Virus record (IMG/VR): IMGVR_UViG_3300045115_000040
Location: 1-24,666 of that record
Strand: one strand, 5' to 3'
Length of the DNA: 24,666 bases
Source of the DNA: a virus
Lineage: Duplodnaviria > Caudoviricetes
The translations under genes and the position numbers were made by a program. The notes beneath the pieces were generated by a model, which saw nothing but the letters and a program-made list of their open reading frames with translations, searched no databases and was not told the origin of the DNA. Each line of letters starts with the position of its first letter. The first letter of the stretch is position 1. Shown one piece after another: positions 1 to 7,076 of this stretch.

Positions 1-294
1 CGGGGTCACACCCGGGGGAAGATTTCGCGGCGGGGCTTGGCCGGGCTCGGCGAGGCTTGGCGTGGCGAGGCCGGTCGAGGCACCATCACCCCCGGGGTCA
101 AACCCGGGGGAAGATTTCGCGGTTGGGCATGTCCTGGCCGGGCTCGGCAAGGCGGGGCTTGGCCGGTCTTGGCAACACCACCCCTGGGGTCACACCCGGG
201 GGAAGATTTCGTGGAGTGGCAAGGCAGGGCTTGGCGGGGCGATGCTGGGCCGGTCGCGGCGACACCACCCCGGGGGCGTCAAAACCCCCCGGGG
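1..294 (+). repeat. Array of a 36-nt hairpin repeat alternating with GGC-NN pentamer tracts (92-nt period); truncated by window start; candidate guide-RNA array
   Basis: Repeat CA(C/T)CACCCC(C/T)GGGGTCA(C/A)ACCCGGGGGAAGATTTCG at 84-119 and 176-211, partial at 1-27, degenerate terminal hairpin at 263-294. Intervening tracts 29-83, 121-175 and 213-262 are 11, 11 and 10 pentamers, mostly GGC+NN. Confidence 0.9.
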
Positions 295-306
295 CAGCCC
301 ACCCAC

Positions 307-336
307 TTGACACACCGCCCAAGACGTGCGAAGGAT
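307..336 (+). promoter_or_regulatory. Possible sigma70-type promoter
   Basis: Perfect TTGACA at 307-312; only a weak -10 (AAGGAT, 331-336) at 18 nt spacing. Confidence 0.3.
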
Positions 337-885
337 CGCGCAGAGTTGTGAAGTCTACCGATAGAGAGAATTTCGGAGCCCCGCCGATACCCGATTGCAA
401 GGGTCGGCACAGTTCACCGAAGACTGCACAACCGGGGCGCTCCGGGGCCATGCCGATCCGAAATAGGCGGCCCCTCTTTTCCCAGGTCCGCAGGTCGCAC
501 CTGTTCACCACATAAAAAGGCCTAGCGGCTTCCGACCCAGGCACCCGGTACCCAACCCGGGTGAAACAACGAGGAACGTCCTGGCGAAGAAAAACACGGG
601 CGGATGGTCGACAACCGGCCGCCTTAAAGAGCGGGGCAAGCTCCCTTTGCCTTTACAGCCCCGCGTCGTCCCCACGCACCCCGGCCGCCTTAGCGCCGGC
701 AGGCTTCCGATTGGTTAAAGTGTGCCTAGCAGCGTGGACCGTAACGGACTCCCAGCTCATCCCTGAGCGATTCCGCCAACACTCCCAGACGATAATCCCT
801 CGCCGGGTTGTCGTCTGCCCGCACGGTCCAACCCGCCCAAACCCGAACGATTGCCCCCAACCAGCCACGAGCCGTCCCAAGGCGT

Positions 886-934
886 CGCCCGGGCCGACGC
901 CCGGTGGCGCCCGGGCCGACGCCCGGTGGCGCCC
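886..934. repeat. Perfect 22-bp tandem repeat, 2.2 copies
   Basis: CGCCCGGGCCGACGCCCGGTGG at 886-907 and 908-929, plus CGCCC. Unit length is not a multiple of 3. Confidence 0.9.
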
Positions 935-1172
935 CCAACGCAGCGCCTCAGTGCCGGGGCCCAACGGGCCCAGTGCCTGGGACGCCGGCACCGGCACCAA
1001 AACGACACCGGCACCGGGGCCGAACCGGCACCTCGCCCGGTTGCGCCCCAGACGTCCGTTGGGAGCCCAACGGGGCGGAAACCGACAGGGTGGCTCCGGG
1101 GTGGAAAACCGCGACATTCCACTTGCAACGTCGCCGATATGTGCGATGTTCTGTGCCGACAGAAACGACACT

Positions 1173-1457
1173 GTGAACACGGAAACCAGCACCGTCGGCG
1201 CAACCGATACCACCGCTATGCCACCGCCAACCCCGGTTCAAGGCGCGGATCCGCCAGCGAATGGCCCGGGGGCCGCGCCGGTGGAGGCGCGTGAGGCGGC
1301 CGCGCAGGAGATGGCGGAGGTGGCGCGGGATGTGTACGATATGATTGACGAGCTGGCGGTGGAGTTCGTTTGGCGGACGCTGCCGGCCGGCCAGCGGGCG
1401 AAGAGGCTGGGGGAGATGGCGGAGTTCACGCGGTGGTTGCGATCTGAAATCCAATGA
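1173..1457 (+). CDS. Hypothetical phage protein (start uncertain: GTG 1173 or ATG 1218)
   Basis: 3' part of ORF 561..1457 has GC3-rich codons and a helical sequence (EAAAQEMAEVARDVYDMIDELAVEF). Its stop overlaps the next ATG (ATGA). The upstream part of the ORF looks non-coding. Confidence 0.65.
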   Translation: MNTETSTVGATDTTAMPPPTPVQGADPPANGPGAAPVEAREAAAQEMAEVARDVYDMIDELAVEFVWRTLPAGQRAKRLGEMAEFTRWLRSEIQ

Positions 1458-1720
1458 CCTCGCGGAACATCGTCACGCTCAAGCGCGATCTGTACCGGAA
1501 GGTGCGGTCGGCGTCCGGTGCGCTGGTGTGCACGGTGCGGGTGACGATTGACGGCGAGGTGTTGGTGCGCAAGCCGCACGGCCGGCAGTGGGAGGTGGTG
1601 TGGAGGCCGCCTGGGGTGTGGTACGAGCCCGGGCAAGTTGGGTTACCGTTCGGGAAGCCGACGGCGGAGGTTTTCGCGGAGTCCGAGGCCAAGCGTGCGG
1701 TGGTGGGGGGGGCATTATGA
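1454..1720 (+). CDS. Hypothetical phage protein, 88 aa
   Basis: ATGA overlaps at both ends; GC3-rich codons. Confidence 0.75.
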   Translation: MTSRNIVTLKRDLYRKVRSASGALVCTVRVTIDGEVLVRKPHGRQWEVVWRPPGVWYEPGQVGLPFGKPTAEVFAESEAKRAVVGGAL

Positions 1721-2013
1721 GGGAGACTGGTTACATTCCGCGGACAGCGGTGATGCGGCTGGTGCCGGGCAGTGTGCTTGCTCACTGGAGCATCAGGGTC
1801 GACGCATGCCGATTCGTGCCCCGGACCGTGCCGTGCTTGAGCGGCCTCAAGAGCGCGATTCAAGGTCTGAGCACCCTGCACAAGTGCGAGTATTGCGCCG
1901 GGTTCGACGTGGCCGATGACGGGTTCGACGTGGCCCCTGGCGAGCCTGTTACGCCGGCGTCCGATCTCGACGTTCTACACGTCCGGTGCATGTTTCAATG
2001 TGCCACGGCATGA
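1717..2013 (+). CDS. Hypothetical Cys-containing protein, 98 aa
   Basis: ATG 1717 overlaps the previous stop (ATGA) and its own stop overlaps the next start; contains CEYC. Confidence 0.65.
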   Translation: MRETGYIPRTAVMRLVPGSVLAHWSIRVDACRFVPRTVPCLSGLKSAIQGLSTLHKCEYCAGFDVADDGFDVAPGEPVTPASDLDVLHVRCMFQCATA

Positions 2014-2192
2014 AACATGAGGTGCGATTCTTCAAACTTGGGCAACGGGCACTGGCCTCTGGCGCCATCAAAGGGCGGATCAAGGTCGATTCTTGCGTTC
2101 GTGTGCACGTCCGTGGCCGAGGGTGGGTATCGGCGTGGGTGTGGAAGATTGACCCGGTGCCGTGGCGCACGGTGCACTTGACCGAGGTATGA
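2010..2192 (+). CDS. Hypothetical basic protein, 60 aa
   Basis: ATGA overlaps at 2010-2013 and 2189-2192. Confidence 0.7.
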   Translation: MKHEVRFFKLGQRALASGAIKGRIKVDSCVRVHVRGRGWVSAWVWKIDPVPWRTVHLTEV

Positions 2193-2689
2193 GCCTGATC
2201 GAGCGACTGAAGCGAAAGGGACGGAATGCACTCGAAAGTGATGGCTGGGTCGAGCAGGAGGACGGGTCGTGGTCGAGGCCGACCACTCGGCCCGCCGGTG
2301 CTGGTGTGGGTGCCGTGGTGCCCGCCGAGCCTCAACGCGGTGCTCGGGGCCGGCCTGGGCGAGCGCATCCGGTCCAAGCGCAAGGCGAAGGAGGCGTGGG
2401 TGGTGGCGGCGTTAGGCCAAGCGATCAGCGGCGATTCACGGTTACGCTCACTGCTCACGTCCGGCGGCGCAGGGATGACGACAACCTCGTCGGCGGTCTG
2501 AAGCCGTTGAGGGATGCCGTTGCCTCGGCGCTCAGGGTCGACGACGGCGACGAGCGCACCCGCTGGCAGTACGGGCAGGTTGAGACTCGGGGCGAGACGG
2601 GTGTGGTGGTGTGCATCGAAGTGGAGGACCGTCGCAAGCAACGTCAGCAAGGCCCCATTGTCCCGACCCTGGACGAGGGTGGCGCCTGA
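2189..2689 (+). CDS. rusA: RusA-like Holliday junction resolvase / endodeoxyribonuclease (catalytic half in this frame)
   Basis: RRRDDDNLVGGLKPLRDAVASALRVDDGD matches the RusA DxDNxxKxxxDxL...DD motif. The start is coupled to the upstream stop. The N-terminal PPSLN motif lies in the +1 frame. Confidence 0.7.
   Translation: MSLIERLKRKGRNALESDGWVEQEDGSWSRPTTRPAGAGVGAVVPAEPQRGARGRPGRAHPVQAQGEGGVGGGGVRPSDQRRFTVTLTAHVRRRRDDDNLVGGLKPLRDAVASALRVDDGDERTRWQYGQVETRGETGVVVCIEVEDRRKQRQQGPIVPTLDEGGA
2226..2501 (+). CDS. Overlapping +1-frame ORF carrying the RusA N-terminal strand, PPSLN motif and basic helix
   Basis: VLVWVPWCPPSLNAVLGAGLGERIRSKRKAKEAW; codons at ~2286-2411 are almost all G/C-ending in this frame. 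Confidence 0.5.
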   Translation: MHSKVMAGSSRRTGRGRGRPLGPPVLVWVPWCPPSLNAVLGAGLGERIRSKRKAKEAWVVAALGQAISGDSRLRSLLTSGGAGMTTTSSAV

Positions 2690-2698
2690 CCCGGCGTG

Positions 2699-2727
2699 TT
2701 GACAGGGGCGGGGCGGTGGGGGATGCT
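2699..2727 (+). promoter_or_regulatory. Candidate promoter of the structural operon
   Basis: TTGACA (2699-2704), 17 nt spacer, GATGCT (2722-2727), in the gap before the portal ATG. Confidence 0.5.
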
Positions 2728-2743
2728 GGGTGGCAGGATTGCC

Positions 2744-4651
2744 ATGCCGCCACGCGCAGAGAGCCCGCTCAACCCCGCTGGCAACGTCATTGACACTCGC
2801 CGCAACGGCGATGCTGGTGGTGACGTTGGCGAGCAGGGCAACCGGGAAGTGTTCCGCAAGCGGATACGTCCGCCGCGTGTCTTCATCAACCCGATTCGCG
2901 GGTTGACGGTGGCGCGGGCCGTGATGCTTCTGGAGCAGGCGCAGTACGGGTTCAACGCCGATCTGCAGTGGACCTTCCGTAGCATCGAGCGCAAGGAGCC
3001 CGTGATTCGGTCGCTGAAGGAACGGCGGCTCTCGGCCATCCGCAAGCTCAAGGTCAACTTCGTCGTGGACGACGAGGCCAAGGGCGAGGGCGAGGAAGGG
3101 GTTGGGTCGAACGAGGAGGCGCAGCAGCAGGTTCAGGTCCTCAAGGAAACGTACCGGCGCATCGACAACGTTGGCCAAGCTATCAAGTGGCTGGCCTTGG
3201 CGACGTTCCGTGGGTACTCGCACCTTGAGAAGCACTACGACGCGGAGATGAACGTTGTGCACCTGGAGCCGGTGCCGCAGTGGCACTGGTGCAAGACGTA
3301 CCCCTTCGACGACTGGAAGTTCAACCGGGATGCGTACCAGACGAATGTCGGCGAGGAGGTCGACCCGGGGCAGTTCGTGGTTCGGGAGGTGGACGACCCG
3401 CTGGATGAGATTGGGTTGATCGTGTTCCTGCGCAAGAACTTGACGCAGAAGGACTGGGACTCGTTCTGTGAGACGTTCGGCATCCCGAGCCTGTTCGCCG
3501 AGGCGCCGGTGGGCGCGACGCAGAGCGACGTGGACAACTACCTGGCGGTCCTAGACCAGATCATCGGCAACGGGCGCGGGGCCCTGCCGCCGGGGTTCCG
3601 CATGCAGTCGACGGCGCAGCAGGTTGGGGCAACGCTGCCGTTCGAGCCGCACCTTGGGTACTGTGACAAGATGATGGTGCTGGCGGGAACGGGCGGCAAG
3701 CTGACCATGCTGTCGGAGGCCACCGGCATTGGAAGCGGTGCGGCCGAGGAGCACGCGGACGTGTTCCAGGACATCGCTATCAGCGAGTCCGAGGAGATAT
3801 GCGAGGTGCTGCACGCGGCGATTGATGTGCCGGCGCTGCAGGCTGCGGGCTTCGAACGGCCGCTGGCGAAGGTGGCACTGGAGAAGCTGAAGACGGCGGA
3901 CCGGGCGAAGGCGGCGGACTTCCTGGCGACGCTGGCGTCGGCCGGGTATCGTACAACGGATGATCATGCGTCCGAGCTGGTGGATCTGGAGGTCCGACTG
4001 GACCAGGGCGGGGGTCCTGGGGAAGGAGTGCCCGGGGACGAGGGGCAGCCCGGGGACCAGGAGGGTGGCGAGGGTGGGGTGGACATAGGCGCGATGTTCG
4101 ACCGAGCGGGGATCGAGGACACCAGCGGCGGCGAAGGCGAGGAAGACGAGCGGGCCGAGGGAGGCCAGCCGGCCGGGGAGGCGCAGAACACGGCATCGAG
4201 TGACGTGTGGGCGGTTGGCGACCCGGCGCCGAGGCTTGACCCTCGGGCCCCGGTGTACCCAGCGGTGAGCCAAGCGGCATCGAGCATGACGCCCGATCCT
4301 CCGCCCTACCGGTTCGGGTATCCGACGGAGGGGGAAGTGGAGCGGTACAGGCGGGCCATGCAGCCGCTGGTGGATGAGTACCAGCGCGCCGTCGCGAGCG
4401 GGTTGCACAAGGACCTTGGTCCGGTGCGGACGGAGCTGGAGAAGATACTGGAACTTGACAGCGAGGATGAGGCAGGCGAGAGATTGGCTGCGTTAGACGC
4501 CTCCCTGCCGGGGAGGTTGAGGGGTATGATGAGAGACTCATCGGCTGCACTGGCCCTACGCGCCATCCTGGAGGACGGGGTTGCGCGTGGGGCATCGCCT
4601 ACGGGGCGGCGGTCGCTGTGGTCGCGATTCAAGGGGTTGATCCGCAAGTGA
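2744..4651 (+). CDS. Mu gp29-like (DUF935) portal protein
   Basis: ERRLSAIRKL, ALATFRGYSHLEK, KDWDSFCETFGIP and VLAGTGGKLTMLSEATGIG...HADVF are typical of DUF935 portals. Lies before the protease; AGGA precedes ATG 2744; acidic Gly-rich linker before the C-terminal helical domain. Confidence 0.88.
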   Translation: MPPRAESPLNPAGNVIDTRRNGDAGGDVGEQGNREVFRKRIRPPRVFINPIRGLTVARAVMLLEQAQYGFNADLQWTFRSIERKEPVIRSLKERRLSAIRKLKVNFVVDDEAKGEGEEGVGSNEEAQQQVQVLKETYRRIDNVGQAIKWLALATFRGYSHLEKHYDAEMNVVHLEPVPQWHWCKTYPFDDWKFNRDAYQTNVGEEVDPGQFVVREVDDPLDEIGLIVFLRKNLTQKDWDSFCETFGIPSLFAEAPVGATQSDVDNYLAVLDQIIGNGRGALPPGFRMQSTAQQVGATLPFEPHLGYCDKMMVLAGTGGKLTMLSEATGIGSGAAEEHADVFQDIAISESEEICEVLHAAIDVPALQAAGFERPLAKVALEKLKTADRAKAADFLATLASAGYRTTDDHASELVDLEVRLDQGGGPGEGVPGDEGQPGDQEGGEGGVDIGAMFDRAGIEDTSGGEGEEDERAEGGQPAGEAQNTASSDVWAVGDPAPRLDPRAPVYPAVSQAASSMTPDPPPYRFGYPTEGEVERYRRAMQPLVDEYQRAVASGLHKDLGPVRTELEKILELDSEDEAGERLAALDASLPGRLRGMMRDSSAALALRAILEDGVARGASPTGRRSLWSRFKGLIRK

Positions 4652-5760
4652 GGTCATTCGCCATCAACGCCGGGCAGGCCGGCCAGTTCACACCCCCGAG
4701 TGACGGGTGGATCCAGGTTCTGACGTCTGGTGAATGGCCGAACAAGGATGCCGGTCTGGTGCAGGTTGTGGACGACCAGGCAGTGCAGAACATCGTCGAG
4801 ACGTTTAACCGCGAGCGCACCGAGGCTGGCGCGGCGTGGCCTGGGCTGCTGGTCGATTTCGACCACTTCAGCCATGACCGGAACCACCCGAGCGAGGCGG
4901 CGGCATGGGTGGACGACTTGCAGGTGCGGGGGAAGGATGTCTGGGCGCACTTCCGATTCACCGAGAGCGGCAACCGTAAGGTGACGGGTGGGGAATATCG
5001 GCTGGTGTCGCCGGTGCTGACGGATTTTTCTCCTACCGGGACGGAGAAGACACCGGAGGGGCTGCCGTTGATGCGGCCTAACAGATTGAGCCGGATAGCG
5101 TTGACGAACGCGCCGAACATCACTGGGATGGTCCCGGTGAGCAATCGCGGTGCGGCGGCTGCCCCGGCGGAGGTGAAACGTATGGACCACAAATCCGAAC
5201 TCTGCAAGTTGCTGGGGGTGCCGGCGGATGCCGGCGACGACAAGATCCAGGAGGCAATCGAAGCCGTGAACCGCGATGTCAATGAGCTGCAGGCTGCGGT
5301 GGATGAGGATCCCGCTCCCAAGGATAGCCCCGAGTTGGTTGAGGCGAAGAATCGCATCGCTGAACTGGAGCGCGCCCTGGTCGAGCAGGAGGCGAAGCGG
5401 TTCGAGGGCCTGGTGCCGGACACGGACGAGGCCCGGGGCGAGCTGCGTACGCTGTTGGCATCCAATCGCGAGGCTGCGGTGGCTGTCCTGGCGAACATCC
5501 AGCCGCCCAAGCCGGCCAATACGATCCCGGCAGTGGTGTTCAACCGGAACTACAAGCCGGTGCCGGCGACGGTGGACGAGACGGCTGAGGATGGGAAGTT
5601 CGCGAGGTGCCGCGTGCGGGCCAACGAGATTGTGGCGATGAACCGGAAGAGCGGTATCAACGTCACCTACCAGTCGGCCTTTCAGCAAGCGGTGGCGGAG
5701 ATGAGCGGGGTTGACCCGAACATCAGCCGCAAAGCGCCTCTGGCCGGTGTCAAGGAGTAG
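4648..5760 (+). CDS. Mu-like prohead protease I (gp32) with C-terminal scaffold
   Basis: GWIQV..GEWP, LLVDFDHFSH, SEAAAWV, GEYRLVSPV and IALTNAPNI motifs; GTGA overlap with the portal stop. Confidence 0.9.
   Translation: MRSFAINAGQAGQFTPPSDGWIQVLTSGEWPNKDAGLVQVVDDQAVQNIVETFNRERTEAGAAWPGLLVDFDHFSHDRNHPSEAAAWVDDLQVRGKDVWAHFRFTESGNRKVTGGEYRLVSPVLTDFSPTGTEKTPEGLPLMRPNRLSRIALTNAPNITGMVPVSNRGAAAAPAEVKRMDHKSELCKLLGVPADAGDDKIQEAIEAVNRDVNELQAAVDEDPAPKDSPELVEAKNRIAELERALVEQEAKRFEGLVPDTDEARGELRTLLASNREAAVAVLANIQPPKPANTIPAVVFNRNYKPVPATVDETAEDGKFARCRVRANEIVAMNRKSGINVTYQSAFQQAVAEMSGVDPNISRKAPLAGVKE
5182..5760 (+). CDS. Probable in-frame internally initiated scaffold protein (Mu gpZ-like)
   Basis: GGAGGTG at 5169-5175 then in-frame ATG 5182, right after the protease domain; MDHKSELCKLLGVPADA begins a coiled-coil region. 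Confidence 0.65.
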   Translation: MDHKSELCKLLGVPADAGDDKIQEAIEAVNRDVNELQAAVDEDPAPKDSPELVEAKNRIAELERALVEQEAKRFEGLVPDTDEARGELRTLLASNREAAVAVLANIQPPKPANTIPAVVFNRNYKPVPATVDETAEDGKFARCRVRANEIVAMNRKSGINVTYQSAFQQAVAEMSGVDPNISRKAPLAGVKE

Positions 5761-5796
5761 TCGAGGAGTCAGAAACAATCCCAGGAGAGATCATCC

Positions 5797-7023
5797 ATGA
5801 ATGCTGTTCAAAGCAACACGATTAGCGGTGTTTTCGTGGCTTACACCGCCACCAACCTGACCGACAAGGAGGGCTACCTTGTCAAACTGACTGGGGCCAC
5901 ATCTGGGACGTACCCGGTCGTTGCGCTGGTGAGTGCGGCGACGGACAACCCGGTGTTTGTGCTTGAGGATGGAGCCAATGGCTCGACCACTGCGGCCCCC
6001 GTGAACGTGCGGCCCATCGAGCCAGGGCGGAACATTCGGGCCAAGCTCTCGGGGACCTGCTCGCCTGGCGATCCGCTCTACCCGACATCGGCTGGCAAGG
6101 TGAGTGCGACCGGGACGGCCGGCGACACCATTGTTGGGTATGCCGAGGAGACCGGGGCAGATGGTCAATTCGTCAAGTTCCGCACCAAAGGGGTTGGGAC
6201 CGAGGCGGATACGCAGTGGTACGATGGCGCGGGGGTGACTCTTGCTGACAGCAGCGCGGCCTTCGTCGTGACCACTGGGACCACGAACGGCACCAAGTTC
6301 GGCGCTACCACGTCGAACAAGGTCGGATTCTTCAACACCACGCCGGCGGTTCAGCCATCGAGCGCGAACCAGACCGCCGTCACCGACAATTCTGGCGGCA
6401 GCGTCAGCGATGCCACCGCTGTGGCCGTTACGGCAAACGCCGCGATCACGGACAACACCGGTGGTTCGACGGCGAACACCTGGGCTGTTGGGGCTGCCGA
6501 GTACGTCATCGCGGTTCCGGCGGTTCTCCCGACTGGGACCGGTGCGGCCGATCAGGCGACGGCGATTGTGATTCCGCACAAGTTCGCGGTCATCGGTTGG
6601 CAGTTCATGGTCACGGTTGCCGGTGTCGGCGCCGGTGCTTCGCGGGTGTTCAACCTGGAGATCGGGTCCGTGGATGTCGGCACGGTGCCTTCGACGGTCA
6701 CGCTGACCGAGGCGGGCACGGCTGCTGTTGGTGCGATTACGGCTAGCACGGCGGTTTCCGGGGCCAACACCGGTGCGGCCGGGGCCACGCTGAGTGTCGA
6801 GGTTGCGAACGGTGGCACTGCGTTCACTGCCGGGCAGGGTGTGTTCCTGGTGACGCTTAAGAACATGGACACCGCGGATGCCATTGCGGGGATTGCCACC
6901 GGGCTTAACGCGGTGCGCACCGCGATTGGGAACCTGAACGACAACTTCGCCAAGGGCACCGAGTTGACCAACGCCACCCGGTCCGCCCTGGTGACGCTGG
7001 GCCTGATCAAGGGGAGCGCCTAG
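5797..7023 (+). CDS. Capsid cement/decoration protein (DUF2190-like N-terminus) with long C-terminal extension
   Basis: Located between protease and capsid. N-terminal ~130 aa contains GDPLYPTSAGKVSATGTAGDTIVGYAEETGADGQFV; Ala/Thr/Gly-rich extension; AGGAG upstream. Confidence 0.7.
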   Translation: MNAVQSNTISGVFVAYTATNLTDKEGYLVKLTGATSGTYPVVALVSAATDNPVFVLEDGANGSTTAAPVNVRPIEPGRNIRAKLSGTCSPGDPLYPTSAGKVSATGTAGDTIVGYAEETGADGQFVKFRTKGVGTEADTQWYDGAGVTLADSSAAFVVTTGTTNGTKFGATTSNKVGFFNTTPAVQPSSANQTAVTDNSGGSVSDATAVAVTANAAITDNTGGSTANTWAVGAAEYVIAVPAVLPTGTGAADQATAIVIPHKFAVIGWQFMVTVAGVGAGASRVFNLEIGSVDVGTVPSTVTLTEAGTAAVGAITASTAVSGANTGAAGATLSVEVANGGTAFTAGQGVFLVTLKNMDTADAIAGIATGLNAVRTAIGNLNDNFAKGTELTNATRSALVTLGLIKGSA

Positions 7024-7076
7024 AGTCGACGTAACGGGGAACGGAGCAACAGAAACCATCAAGAATCGGAGCCACT

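Noticed and set aside
1-294. Canonical CRISPR array
   Set aside because: Spacers are 5-periodic GGC-NN tracts rather than unique foreign sequence, and there are no cas genes in the window.
37-544. ORFs 37..351, 57..515, 62..310 and 98..544
   Set aside because: Translations of the pentamer array (GEAWRG/ARQG patterns); all frames are open because of the repeat composition.
561-1172. N-terminal two thirds of ORF 561..1457 and overlapping ORFs on both strands
   Set aside because: Low-complexity Pro/Arg/Gly sequence crossing a 22-bp (non-triplet) repeat, with no codon bias.
1393-1425. Self-target of array unit 3 in AKRLGEM codons (AAx AGx .. GGx GAx)
   Set aside because: Only four of ten dinucleotides match in register; compatible with chance.
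1949-7062. Long minus-strand ORFs (1949..3286, 3551..4408, 4654..5778, 5791..7062)
   Set aside because: Antisense shadows of GC3-rich + strand genes with recognisable phage motifs.
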